Shown: positions 24,717-37,098 of the stretch, in pieces
How positions within the stretch are numbered: the first letter of the stretch is position 1
Layout: the number at the start of each line of letters is the position of its first letter
DNA from: Psammoneis japonica
Taxonomy: Eukaryota
Reading direction: 5' to 3'
DNA: 64,000 nt
Assembly: GCA_008632985.1 (NCBI GenBank)
Contig: QPGO01000077.1
Location: forward strand, 1 to 64,000
Position numbers and translations under genes: made by a program
Notes under the pieces: model-generated
The model's database searches: none
Told to the model about the DNA's origin: nothing
What the model saw: the letters and a program-made list of their open reading frames with translations, nothing else

Positions 24717-26096
24717 TCACAACTCTGACGGTGCCTCTTTTGCTACGGCTTTCAAACCAAACTTTCCCAGAATCTGATACTCCGTAAAGAGCCCTTTGGG
24801 TACTTTGCAGCATACACCCCCTTCTCTTGTTAATCCAACTTGAAAATTCGGTGATAGACGGAGCAAATTCTTATCGGGCTCTCGCACTCGCGCCTCATTC
24901 ACACGCTCCGCAAGCATTCCTGCCTCTACACGAAGCTGAAGGAGCTCCTTTGTCTTTACGATCTTGTCCCAGCTCAACAAGTTTGTATCGTCCTGTACTT
25001 CTCTCGACAATTGCTCGTATCGACGATTCAAGGATTCCTGTTTTTCTCTCAACGTTTCCCGCGTGCTTTTCGAAAAATTCCTTGTTGCACGCTGAGGAAA
25101 GTATCCGCAACTGCAAAAGACTTTGCCTGCTGGGCAGTACACGTCACTACCCCGATGACTCACTTCTTCTGCCACTCGAAAGAAAAACCGAAGAATATCT
25201 GTTCCCAGCGGTCCCTCTCCCTTGCACACACGCCAGCCCCCGTTGCTCACTGGAAACTTTCGTCTCCCCTCGGTGAGCGACGGCCCCAGCGTCAATTCCT
25301 GATTCACAACATGCAACACCTTGGCACCAGAAATGCCATTGAGAAACTCCTCATTCTCATCTAGTTTGTCGGGTTTAAACTCCACCTCGAGACTCATGAG
25401 GAGTCGTTCCCCACTGACGCCCCAGGTTTTCGGCATCCACGTGCCAGAACGTGTTGTTGGTGCATTTTCGGGAAGAAGAGAGCGAGCTATATATGAACAA
25501 GGAGAAAAAGCGTCTCGTCAGTAAAGGCTAGCGAGCTAAGAAAGTAGTGTAGAAAACTAGAAGATAGACCTACCTTCCTCTCGACCAATGTTGAACACCA
25601 GTTTCCAACATGTGCCATGCAGCAACGATAGCTCATCGAGTTGTGTTTTCACTGAATCTTCAAAACTACAAGATCGATTTGTTGTAGAAGTATCTTCGCT
25701 TAGGGACTTCTCAGGCGGAGTAACGTGAAGAGCGGATTTGTGGTGGCGAGCTTTATCTCTGGACACCGAGGCTTCTCTTCCAATGGCAGTCGTCGTGGAT
25801 GCACTCTTGTCATTCAAAGATGATGTCGCCTCGTGTTCCTCTACTACTTGTGAATTCAACGCCTCTATTCTTCGCAGTGCCTCTTTTCTCATCTCTTTGA
25901 TTTCGTTTTTCATCAATTCTGAATCGTCATCTTTTGTCATTATGGAAAGGCAACAGGCACCACGGTGGTCTTTTCCATGTTTCCGATTCGATTGCAGTAA
26001 CTTCCTCTCTCGAAATGGATTTGATCCTGATGGAGCGAACGCTGACACCACCGCATTAGACAAGAGAATCGCCACTGCTAGTCGTCGAATCAGCAT
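24717..26096 (-). CDS. Plastid-targeted protein of unknown function, 2 exons (26096-25574; ~25486-24717)
   Basis: Signal peptide plus VSA-FAP motif (MLIRRLAVAILLSNAVVSAFAP); GTAGG donor at 25573; in-frame AG acceptor at 25487; motif WKLVFNIGREE...GTWMPKTWGVSGERL. Confidence 0.8.
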
Positions 26097-26543
26097 TTTC
26101 TTGGAATGAAAAGTGTTTGGAAAGGTGCGTTGACAGTAGCACTTAAGAGCTATGGAGTGCAGCAGCTGCCGCGTTCTCACCTCTCTTCGATGCTCATTTT
26201 TTCTGCAGGTTGAAGGTTACCCGCCTGTTTCATTTTTTGGCGCCACGTTGACACTTCCTCGTACCTCGTACCAAAACGCCGTAGAATTCCACGCAATGAA
26301 AATAGCCTGAAAACAGACGGAATCGAAAATTTGGAATTGCGTTGCTGGAAACATAGTCTACCCGAATCAACTGACAAACATGCAATCACGCAAGCAACAT
26401 AAATCAGAATCTTACTTGCCTGTCTCGGGCTAAATAAATGATGTTATGTAAAAGGGTTGAGGCCAAAGGCCCTCAATTGTGTTACAGCGGTGGGAGAGGT
26501 AGAGAGGAGGAGAAAAGAAAGCAGAAAAGAGAGAAGGAAGGAA

Positions 26544-29500
26544 TCAAAGTCTGTGGTGATCTTTCAGCCGATGATGCAGCTCATCCACGGCTCCCCGCAT
26601 GTTCAAGCCAGCCGCTTTCAATTTGGATTTGCACTCTCGCTGTGACATTCCATCCACTTGAGCAGCTGTGAGAGGAGCTTGCTTTTGAAATGAGACACTT
26701 CGATGGTGTGCAACTGGAAGGGTGGGCCCCCGTTCGAGCAGGGGAGCAACGGTGCTTGAAGAGATGGGGTGAGGAACAGGGAGCAGCCCAAGGTTTCCTT
26801 TCAGCACTGAGATGCCTTCCTTCTTTAAAATGGCTTTGACTTTCTCTGGTGAAATTTTGCCTCCAAACCCCATGAAGTCTTGTTCGCACTGAGCAATGTG
26901 CCAAACGTTGAACAACAATGCAACACACTCATGCAGCTCCTTGGGCCTCAGCGTGTCACCATGCATCTTGCATGTCTGCTGGTGAGCAGCAAACAACATC
27001 TCCCTCTGCAATGGACTCAACTCTTTGGTGTGGATGCATGAGTTGTGGAGCATGACAACAGGCATCCCACCAGCTCTGGCGCTGCATCTAGCTGCGCCGC
27101 ATCTAACGGGTCACTTTGGGCTTGCAGCTGCTGGCTCATCCATCCTCGGTCTCTTTGCCACATGCTCCAGCGCCGCATCAGAAATGTTGTTCACAGCAGA
27201 GCCAGAGCTTTCAGTGGAAAGGTCAGTGACTGCATCTTCAAATGCACCATCATCCTTGTCAACCTCAGCCGCAGTGTCTTGTCCGTCCGTGACACCAGTC
27301 CCTGCCAAGGCAATGTGCCGTCGGCTGCTTCAACGGCACAATCAGCTCCTGCCACCGCAATGTCGTCGGCCACTTCACAGTCAGCTGCTTCACTGGTGCA
27401 ACAAGCTTCTTCCTCCACAATGGCATCATCCAACATGGCATTTCAAATTCCTTCCATTTCATGGTCAATCTTTTCCCACTCACCGCATTTCTGATGCTCT
27501 TCTCCCACCGGCTCGAAATGTTCGTCAGGGTCGCATTGCACTGGACAGTTGTCAGGGAATGGGTTGGACTCCAGGCATTGTTCCACTTGGCCCGCCAGTG
27601 CTTCTTGCAAGAACCAATCTCCAGGCTTTGCTTTTTTCTTTGTCAGGTGCTCAATCTTCCGGTCAACTTGGAGGTTGTGCAAAAAAGCAAATGTCGTGAA
27701 CCTCCTGTGTGTCAACCGAGAGCTTTGTCGAGCAGCATGTCCAGTGCTTGCTCGTTTGCCATGCAGGTTGTTTGACTCAACCAAATTGGTGCCTCACATT
27801 CTGCCCAATGCTGTTGGACCTCCATGTCTTGGCTTCTCAAGTGAAAGAGGACAGCTCATTTCTCTCACAGGGAATGGATCAACAAAACAACCATGTTGAA
27901 CGTGCCAACAGAAGAATTTCACAGCCTCTTTGGCTCCAATGTCATCACCGCAGGCGATCTTAAAGTGGCATCGACATGACTCACCCTTGTCATCTGCTTG
28001 GCACTTTTGGTTCACATCCTTGGCCTTCAACCTTAAATGCAGTGCCTCGGCATCAACTGCAACGGCTTTCATGTCCACACATGTGCAGTTGTAGATGGCG
28101 TCTTTGTGCCACTCATTTTTCATCATCCTTTCTCTTGCAATTTCATGAGACTGCATTGATTTCCCTTCTTCATCATTTTTCATGAAGTGCTCCAATGCCG
28201 CATCTTGGGACTGCTTCTCCCACTTTAATGCAATCTCCCACAAACCATCTGAGAAACGCTGATGCAGAGGATGACCCCAGCCAGCGGTTTCTTGCAACAA
28301 CAGTTGGATGCCATGGAAGACATCTTTCAGTGGCGCTCTCTTGCAGTTCCCAAAGAGCTTTGTCACAAAATGCTTGGATGGGTCGACCAAGTTCTGACAG
28401 CACGTGTTGGAGTGTGCTGCTTCCAGCTTGTCAACCTCAGCTTGCCCCCAAACCCGCATCGCACGCCTGTGGAGAAAGTGCAGAAGTCGCTTTGCCACCA
28501 GGTTGCTTTCTGAACTTGTCTGTGCAAAGGACAAAATGTGACTGCATTCTCCCAACACCTTGAACAACTGGACATCATTCGTTTCCTTGGCATCGGGCAC
28601 GTCCAATGTTTTCTTCATTGTCCTGAAGGTTCCATTGATGTGAACAACATGCCCTGGCAGACGGCCAAACAAATCTTGATGCAAGTGGTGTTCCACTTTC
28701 TCACAGAGGTCATGGAAAATGCTTGGAGCCAGGAACTGCCAAGTCGCAGTGGCCCTTCATTTCATCCATTCCAAAGACTGGCCACTTGATGCCAGTGCAG
28801 CACTGGCATGCCTCATTGGTCATTCCTTTCAGCTTTTCTGGTTGACTGTCCTTCTGCTTTTCAAGAAAAAGACAGCATGACTTAGCGCCTGCTCAACATC
28901 GATCCAAAAGAGAGTCTTCAATGTCCTGTGCAAAGGCGTCAAAGCTGCCTCTTAGAAACAATGGGTGGTCACAGAATCCAGGTGAGTGCCATGTCTGCTT
29001 GGAATTTTTGTCATCAAAGCTCTCAATGCATTCTTGACAACAACTTCTTACACTCTCTGGATGCTTGCTCCAGATTTCTTTCGAGTGTGTTGTGCAATTT
29101 TTTGGGCTTTCGTGCTTGTGTCCTTTTTTGTTTTTTGTTTCCTTGCAGCACCCAGATTTCACATTGTGGCACTTCAGGTCCCCTCCAATGATGATGGCAT
29201 GAGTCAATTCTTTGTTCAAGACCTTTTGACAAGAGGGTCTCTGAGCGGTGCACCCAGTGAGACGCAACAGCGCACTGCACTGGGGGCATTTTGTTTGTGT
29301 CCTGCCTCCAACATTGAAGCTGTCATCCTTTGCCAGGAGGTCTCTGTCAAACATTTCCAGACAGATAAAAACAACATCCAAGTTAGAAGGAATCATGAAT
29401 TCTTCCATTGCCTTTGCCATGTCAGCTTCTGTCCACAACTGTCCAACGCGATGCTTTTCAGCGCGGAGCCTTGGGGGTGTTGGGATGTGCTTCGGGCAAC

Positions 29501-29800
29501 TTGGTGCAACTCCATCCAAATGCTTCATCAGGTCCTTCTCTGAATTGAAGCAAGTCCTGTCATTCCCAGAAGCCCTTCCTCTCTTTTGATTGCTTGTGGG
29601 TGCCACAAAAGTTGTGCCGCCTTTGTCAATGTGAGGCAGCTTGTCACATTTCGTCAGCTTCCTCAGGCATGCTTGAATGGGGTGAGTTCTTTTTCCACTT
29701 TCAGCACTGGTCCCATCTGAAGGAGTTGCAGAAGATGGTCGCAATGATGCATTCGGAGCAACGTTTTTCCGGCTGAAGAACAAGGCCATTGAAGATTGGG
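26544..29800 (-). mobile_element. Degenerate Zisupton/KDZ-like DNA transposase
   Basis: Ordered motifs HINGTFRTMKK, VLGECSHIL, AHSNTCC, LKDVFHG, HPL and (R>stop)GTNLVESNN fit the D..T.K / NE.GQ / Y.D.CC / DxxH / RG(S/T)xxLE layout; a Cys-rich region lies upstream. Confidence 0.6.
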
Positions 29801-30594
29801 AAGACATGGCAAGTTGTTGAAAACAACAACAGCCAACACAGGCAAGCACCGGTGCCGGTGTTTTTGTCTTGGCGTTTTTTTCTTGCCAATCTCATTGCGC
29901 GAAGCACCATCTTTTATTTGGTTGCCTGTCACAAAGAATTTAAATGCCATGTGGAATGGCACGACATGCTGTGCCAGAAAAACACATGTGCCAAAGATGA
30001 CATCACTCGAAGCTGCAATGCGCCACATGCAGTGATTTTGGCATGCGCGTTGCAGACATGCAATGCGCCACGATGCGCTCCACAGAGCCTCTTGGCATGT
30101 TGTGTTGCAGCGCATCGCAGACACATGAGAAAGCCACGATGCGCTTGCGCAGCCCAAGTGAGTCTTTTTTCGACAGCACTTCTGCATGATCCCGTTCATT
30201 CTCCCATGTCTCAGCCACTCTAGCTGGAGGATGGCTTGACGAGCAGAGGTCTGTTGCAAATTAAAGCAAGCCAACAACATTTTTTGAAAAATGCCAGATC
30301 ATGCATCGCACTGATTGCGCGCATTTGCCAAAAAAATGTTTCAGCGCAGCTGACAGGCGACAGGTCAAGATTTGTCTGCTCCTTGTGCAAAACATCACAG
30401 AACACATGTGTGAAGGCTGCGACCACACATGTGGGATGTCCAGCTTGTCAACTGCTGCAGATGTGTTTTTCTGATCAAATGCTGATTGTTGGCATTTTCT
30501 GGAAAGTTGTGGCTCAAAAATCAGTGGTTTGTTGAATTCAACAACAGCGCCAAATCTGACAACTGGTGTTTGAAGGTTGAAAAATGCAGCTCGA

Positions 30595-31745
30595 TCTCGC
30601 CACACCCCTGTTCCGCAGAAAGAGGGGAGTGACCCACCTTTGTCTGTGTGGCATGGCATTGTTGAGTGCAGCAGCACTTGCTGCATCTGCAATGCCCAAG
30701 AGGACCTCTGCCAGTGGATGCTCCAAGGGGCCATCCTGTGCAAAATCTCAAGGAGGACTCGGGTCAAAGTGGAGGCTTGGCAAAGACTGCCCAATTTCTG
30801 AAGCTCCTGCCTTGCAAATGATGGAAAGATTGCAAGTGTGCAAAGGAAAGGCAGGTGGAGAATGCTCTGTTGATGAACAGATGGAAGAGTCAGGAGGACT
30901 TTGCTTTGACTCACATCCTCCTTTGTCTCCTTGCAGCGCAAGACACAAAGCAAGAGACTTGTTCCAAGAAGATGCTCCAAAGCAATTTAAAAAACAAAGG
31001 TGCAGTTCAGCAGTTTGGTGTGGCAAACTTAAAAAGCATGGCACAATTGCTTGAGGGCTTGAGGGAATGTGATGTCACATTGAAGATGATGTCACCAACA
31101 GCATGTCCCACTTCATTGAAGTGCACATCAGTGTCCCACTTCTTGCTGACGCATGGCACGAGCACTCTGTGCATGTGCAAAAACAATCATCATGGAGGCA
31201 AATTCAGCTCAGTGATTGTCACATCAATGACGTCACAAAGTGCCACGCATGTGCCACACATGTGTCATGCATGTGTTGCACATGCACCACACACAATGGT
31301 GGTGGCACAATGCACCACACATGTGCCACATGCTCAACACACCATGTCACAAAAAATCCTGCTTTTGCATGTGTTTTGTTGAAAAGAGTCAAGCTGCTCT
31401 TCCACATCTCCAGAAATGGGTCAGAAGAAGACTGTGATGCTGGTGGAGACCACATGAGTGTGAGCCATTTTTTAGTGCAGTTTTTCATGCCCGTCTTTGG
31501 TGTGATCTTTGCATTTGAGCACCGCCCTTTATGATGTTGCATTTGAAAAGACAAGACAAACCAGGCTTTGACTCATCACTTGGCTCGTCAAAAGTCAATT
31601 GCCCTCAGACACCCTGGCTCAGCAAAAACATCTTGGCTCACCACTTGATTGCTTGCAGTTGTTGAACTGCAGCAGGATCATTCTCTGCTGTGTTCTTGTG
31701 AGACAACAAACATCATTTGTTCAGATCTTGCAAGCTCACCCATGT
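30595..31745 (+). repeat. ~1.15-kb direct repeat, copy 1 (degenerate coding-like sequence)
   Basis: Colinear with 33660-34905; shared segments include tttgtctgtgtggcaYggcat, tgcaaaggaaaggca, agaagactgtga, cagacaccctggctcagcaaaaa, gtgagacaacaaa. Confidence 0.9.
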
Positions 31746-32243
31746 GAAAGCCATGGGCAAAGCTCAAATGTATGATGTTCATCTTCTTGAATTCATTGTC
31801 ACCAAGTATGATTCGTGGCTCATGAAGTGCACGGCGATGGCTGGCATGGGGACAAGGGCACTGCATCACCTTGGCTGCTAGTGCATCTGTCCATGACTTC
31901 CTTCTGGCTGGCACTGGCAGCAATAACACAAGCAATGTTACATACGGCCAAATTTCCCTCCAGTTGATTGCCCTCCATCGCCCACACCTTCCCAATCTAC
32001 GGTCTACTGTCTAAGTAGTCGTGCTAATGAGCTTAGATGAATTGCTTCTCCCAGATGGGGAGAGCAAGTAGTCAAATCCTCCTCTCACTTTGTTTGTCTG
32101 CCAATGGAAAACGGCACATCCAGCTGGGCAGACCAAAAACCGTTTCCGGCGAAGTCTATTTCCTTCGTATGTATAGGTGCTGGCGTTTCGACATCACGTG
32201 CTGGAGGTCGACTGCTTCATGTCGTGTTTACTATGTAGTGTAC

Positions 32244-33470
32244 TTACTCCATATCAACATCCTCACCCTTTGAGATAATCTTGTACCCAAGGCCTGTCAC
32301 GAAATCAAGCACGTCCGAAGCGTTGGTTCCAGCCAATTTCAACAGACCCGCGTCATACTCGAAACGAAGATGAAGTCTTCCCAAATTTTCCTTGAGTAAT
32401 CTCTCGGCGCCGCGGAGAACGTGCAGCTCGTGGCCCTGGACATCAATCTTTAGATTTTGCACCCGTGTCCCCGGTGGAAAGAAGGAATCCAGTTTTATCA
32501 TGTGCACCTTTTGTTCATAGTCCACATCGTCATGACGGCCCACATTTTTCGTGGCTTGCTCCCTGCTGAATGCGGCATTGTCCGAACGCAAACCGGTAAC
32601 GTATACCGACTCGTTGGCACTGTTTCGGTCTCCCACAAAGGCATTGACAATGGTTAAATGCTCGGAAACTTTGCAGCCATTGGCCAAGGTGGACAAATGA
32701 ATCATGTTTGTATTGAAGCGAACCGGATCAAATACATACGTGTCCATGCCCAGCGCCGCGCTCGGAATGGACGAATCACCAACCCAACCGCCAATATCGA
32801 TAAAAATGCCATTCTCGGCTTTGCTCTTCTTGGCTCGATTCCACGTGTCACGGCTGTTGCCGGCCCCACCAAATCGGCCCGTGGTTTCGTCAATTCGTTT
32901 GGTAAAGCCTCGCGGAAGGGCCAAGTGAATGGGAGGGTCAATGTCCGTGTAGGGCAGCAGGCCCATAATGTAGTTGGCTGTTTTGCCGTGGTCCATCTCG
33001 TACGCGCTGGGAGGCAGCGGAATGGCATGCATGGGTTGAGGCAAACCGAGTCGCTTACAAGCATTGTTATGATGCGGAAACTCTTTATAATCATGATGAT
33101 GATCATGACTGGTGGTGTTCGTAGTAGTGGTGGTGGTAGCTGGCATTTTTTCATCCAGCGCAGCAGGGAGATTGCCAGGAAGAGTACACGAGCGAAAGAC
33201 GAGGTTAACAATGGCCGCAGCAGCAGCAATGACCACTAGACCAACGGCAGGTGCCACGCGTCGGACCGCCATTATTATTTTGGAACAAAAGACTCGAAAA
33301 CGCGAACGCGAACGATGAATGGAAACTTCTTTGATTGGTGTGGATGGAGCAGGTGCGCCGGCCCCCAGGTGCGCCATGGCCAGAGAAGAATCTTGTTCCA
33401 TCACATCCGGGTCCCTTCCCTGAGGCAAAAATCCCTCATTCTTGGTGTGAGAGATGTCATTGTTCATCAA
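32244..33470 (-). CDS. FkbM-family SAM-dependent methyltransferase with an N-terminal membrane anchor (start codon uncertain)
   Basis: IFIDIGGWVGDSS, YVFDP, VHMIKLDSFF, LKIDVQGHELHVLRGA; hydrophobic segment AVGLVVIAAAAAIVNLVF. Confidence 0.88.
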   Translation of the reverse strand: MMNNDISHTKNEGFLPQGRDPDVMEQDSSLAMAHLGAGAPAPSTPIKEVSIHRSRSRFRVFCSKIIMAVRRVAPAVGLVVIAAAAAIVNLVFRSCTLPGNLPAALDEKMPATTTTTTNTTSHDHHHDYKEFPHHNNACKRLGLPQPMHAIPLPPSAYEMDHGKTANYIMGLLPYTDIDPPIHLALPRGFTKRIDETTGRFGGAGNSRDTWNRAKKSKAENGIFIDIGGWVGDSSIPSAALGMDTYVFDPVRFNTNMIHLSTLANGCKVSEHLTIVNAFVGDRNSANESVYVTGLRSDNAAFSREQATKNVGRHDDVDYEQKVHMIKLDSFFPPGTRVQNLKIDVQGHELHVLRGAERLLKENLGRLHLRFEYDAGLLKLAGTNASDVLDFVTGLGYKIISKGEDVDME

Positions 33471-35390
33471 GTGTCCCTTTGCATGACTGAGCTTGCCTCA
33501 ACTTTGGCCACTTCTGCAGTGGATGGCTTGTCCAGGGGTGCCCCCAGCCAGCAACCTGGGCTCTCATGGCATGAGCACCCCAGGGTCACAGAGTGGCAGA
33601 TCTGTGCCCTCAATGAGCACTGTGGCCTTGGAGCATGGCTGCATGTCAGTTGACCTCAATCTCCCCACACATGCCCCATGCTCCACAGCAATGGGTGAGT
33701 GACCTCCATTTGTCTGTGTGGCACGGCATCGTTGAACCCAGCGGCACTCGCTGCATCTGCAACACCCCCAAGTGGACCTCCACCAATGGAGGATGCTCCA
33801 AGGGCCCATCCTGTGAAAGATCTTCAGGACTTGGATCAAAGTGGCAAAGATGATGCAATTTCTGAAATTCCTCCCATGCCAACAATGAAAAAGATTGCAA
33901 ACATGCAAAGGAAAGGCAAGTGGAGAAGAATGCTCAGTTGATGATCAGATGAAAACGTTGGGAAGACTTTGCTTTTGTTCGCATCTTCTTTGCCTTCTTA
34001 CAATGAAAAAGCAAAGCAAGACTTGCTTCAAGACACTCCAAAGCAATGTGCAAAAACAAAGCTGTGGTTCAGGAGTGGTCGAGCATGGTGAACTCAGAAA
34101 GCACAATGCAGCCGCTCCAAAGAAAAAATGTGACATCATGTTGGAGATGATGTCGTCAAAGAAAAACCAAGATTCCCCACTTCATTGAAGTGCATCACCA
34201 GCATCCCAGTTTTGCTGATGCACAGCTTGAGCATTCTGTGAGTGGCATGCAAAAACAAACACCACACCACTGTGTCTGATCATGCCTGAGATGCGTTGTT
34301 TTGCAAGTGTGCGCTGGTCGAGGCAAGTTCAGTTTGGCGATCATTGCATCAATGACATTGCAAAGCATTGCACATGTGTCACACATGTGTCATGCAAGCA
34401 TTGCACATGCGCTGCCACACACAATGGCAGCACAATGCATCGCACGTGTGCCACACATGCACCACACATTCACTGCATGGAGAAAAATTCCTGCTCCTCT
34501 CTTGCATCTCTTGTTGAAAAGAGACAAACTGCTCTGCCACAATTCCAGAAGTGGGTTGGAAGAAGACTGTGACACCAGCAGAAACCACATGAGTGCCAGT
34601 GTTTTTTGTGTGTTGTTTTTCATGCCTGTCTTTGGGGTGAATTTTTGCACTGGTTGGGGGAGCACTGCCCATTGTGATGCTGCATTTAAAGAAGAGGCAG
34701 GACAAAAATTGAGCTCTGGCTTGCCACTTGGCTGGCTCAGCAAAAGCCAGTTGTCTTCAGACACCCTGGCTCAGCAAAAAGCATCTTGGTTCACCACTTG
34801 ATTGCTTGTGGTTGTTGAGGTGTGGCAAGACTGTGTTCTGCTCTGCTCTCCTGCTGTTGTGAGACAACAAATGTCACATTTGTTCAGAGCCTGTGAACCG
34901 GCCCATGCATCGAACATGCAGCAATGTCCTCAAACAGCAGCACCCGAATGGAAAGCATGGTGTCATTTGAAAAATGTCAGTTTTGGGCTGGAAGAATCTC
35001 AACGCAAAGATTCACGGTTGGAGCCCTCTGGTGGCTGGGCCAACATTTTTTTCAGCAAGCGCTCTGCCAAGCTCAGAAAAACACAACAGGGTTCTGCAAT
35101 GCCTCGCCAAACCATTGCAACACAATTGTGATGAGCTGACAACTGCAAAAGAAGCACTTGGGAGCGGAGACAAGGGGCAACCATGAAACTCGCTGTTGCA
35201 CACATTTGCAGCTGTCAGCAGCACCTGCTCAAGCAAGCGACGGCACCACCAGCACTTCTTCTGCTTGCTGCTCAGCATCATGGTCAGCCAGCACTGCACC
35301 CTTGAGTGGGTCTGGTGAGTGGCTTTCTTCATCAGCAGGGCTTGCTCCTGTCAGGTGCTGAGCCTCTTCCTTGTCGTCGGCATGCTTGGT
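33400..35390. other. TpA-depleted block 4
   Basis: TA nearly absent; TA returns abruptly at ~35395. Confidence 0.9.
33660..34905 (+). repeat. ~1.2-kb direct repeat, copy 2
   Basis: Colinear with 30595-31745. Confidence 0.9.
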
Positions 35391-35718
35391 CCCTCTACAC
35401 TGAACGACGCATTCGTACGTACTGTATGTGCGAAGCTCGGAGCGCTCTACAGTACAGTTACCGACGCGCTTTGTACAGTGCCGGTATGTACATACAGAGG
35501 TTGGAGGGATGCTGTGACGTCATCGATCAGTACTGCATCTACGCAGCATACGTGTAGCCAGCTTCATCGCATTATGGGGGGTCTCGACTGCAGAAAAGTT
35601 CCATTCATTTTATCTGGGATCGGCTCTCCATATCTTTATTAGAGAGTATTTAGTGTACGAGTAGTGGCCGAAGCAAATAGAGGACAAAGCGCTATAGAAA
35701 TCAAGAGACGACAAGAAA

Positions 35719-36903
35719 ATGGTCAAGTCTAGAGGAAGTCTGTTGGTGTCGTTTGGCTGCGCTGCGCTTGCAGTAGCCGTCATAGTGTCAAAGTCATTGA
35801 AACCGTCTCCCCTTTCCTCGTCTACTCGCCTCGAGACAATACTTGCGACATTAAAAGAACATCCTCCTGAGACGATTCTTGATTCCAGCTTATTAGAAAC
35901 GCGCGCGAATTATGAAGCTGATGGGTTCGTCGTAGTACGCAACGTTCTCCCCATGTCTGCAGCACAAGAGCTCTACCAAAAGTTGGAAGAACATGGCCTG
36001 TTGGCTGAAAAGGAGCAGAATATTTTTCGAAATGCGTTTGCCGCCGTATCTAAGACCATCTTTCTCCCCTCTTCATCCTTTCAACCAGTGGCAGATGCAC
36101 TCTTTATGAGTAAAATGGCAAGTACAGCACGTCAAGTCCTAGGAAGCCAGCAGCTTTTTCACTTTTTTGATGCCTTATACGTTAAGGCACCCAATGAGAC
36201 ACAAGGAAAATGGCATCGAGACTATCCCGTTACAAGAAGCATTCAAAATCTGGATACAATGGTCAGCATGTGGATGCCCTTGACTCACTCGCATAGCGGA
36301 ATCAAAGGAGGTTCCATGATGATGGCCAAGGGTTCTCACAAATGGAAATTTTCTGAAGGGTGTACCGGACTTGACCACATGGGTGGCGAGCTTGTTCACA
36401 AGAAGTGGAAGGGATTTGATCAATGTATGGAACGATTGAGAAAGGCCTCGGTCGCACTTCCGGCCTTGGAACCGGGGGACTTGGTATTGTTTCATCCGGC
36501 CCTTTTTCACAAGACGGCGGCGTCACATGGCATTGACAAGGCTCGTGTGGCAATGTCTATGGTAGCCGTGACAGAAGAGGCAGCTTATCAGATCGATTCT
36601 TCTGAACGATACCAATGCAATGTTAAACCCCGTATCAACTTTGCCCTTGAGGTGGCAAATGCGAAGGATGGAGACAAGTTCAGCAGCTTCCCTCTCATCC
36701 TACCAGAATTAAGTCCAACCAACGTCTTGGATGGACCACACCACATTCAAGACTACAGTGAGAGGTGCGCTGGTAAGTCTCTGAAAAACTTATTGTATAC
36801 AAATCTTCTTCTTTGTTCCATGAAACGAGCGTTTGGGTTGATTCCCCACTCCTACGAAACTTCGGACAACTTGAAGGAGTTCCACTCAACTGAGCTACGT
36901 TGA
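35719..36903 (+). CDS. PhyH-family Fe(II)/2-oxoglutarate dioxygenase with N-terminal signal/anchor
   Basis: YEADGFVVVRNVL, WHRD (HxD motif), SMWMPL, GSH, LEPGDLVLFHPALFH, ARVA. Confidence 0.9.
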   Translation: MVKSRGSLLVSFGCAALAVAVIVSKSLKPSPLSSSTRLETILATLKEHPPETILDSSLLETRANYEADGFVVVRNVLPMSAAQELYQKLEEHGLLAEKEQNIFRNAFAAVSKTIFLPSSSFQPVADALFMSKMASTARQVLGSQQLFHFFDALYVKAPNETQGKWHRDYPVTRSIQNLDTMVSMWMPLTHSHSGIKGGSMMMAKGSHKWKFSEGCTGLDHMGGELVHKKWKGFDQCMERLRKASVALPALEPGDLVLFHPALFHKTAASHGIDKARVAMSMVAVTEEAAYQIDSSERYQCNVKPRINFALEVANAKDGDKFSSFPLILPELSPTNVLDGPHHIQDYSERCAGKSLKNLLYTNLLLCSMKRAFGLIPHSYETSDNLKEFHSTELR

Positions 36904-37098
36904 CAACATGTGTGTAGATCAATGAACAGATTTTTTGTGTAAAATACCAGTTAAATATACATCCCGAATGAAAAAGAGATTTTAAACTGTTTCCATTGCA
37001 GGATCCATGACGTGATTGATAATAAACTGCTCTGGTTCGGCAATGCGATAGGTCTCATTCTTGCAAACACGGCATGAAAACAAGCCAGCCCCATCTGT

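Larger units (their letters stand above)
26470..31765. other. TpA-depleted repeat/TE block 3
   Basis: TA nearly absent; CG partly retained around 29700-30360. Confidence 0.9.

Noticed and set aside
25440..25490. Non-canonical TG splice acceptor in the plastid-protein gene (ttctg|gcacg would give GREEGTWMP)
   Set aside because: An in-frame canonical AG exists at 25487; cannot be decided without RNA-seq
32244..36903. FkbM methyltransferase and PhyH dioxygenase as the DNA-modifying machinery behind the signature
   Set aside because: Both have signal or membrane anchors and belong to small-molecule/glycan-acting families common in diatoms; neither shows DNA methyltransferase or TET/JBP motifs
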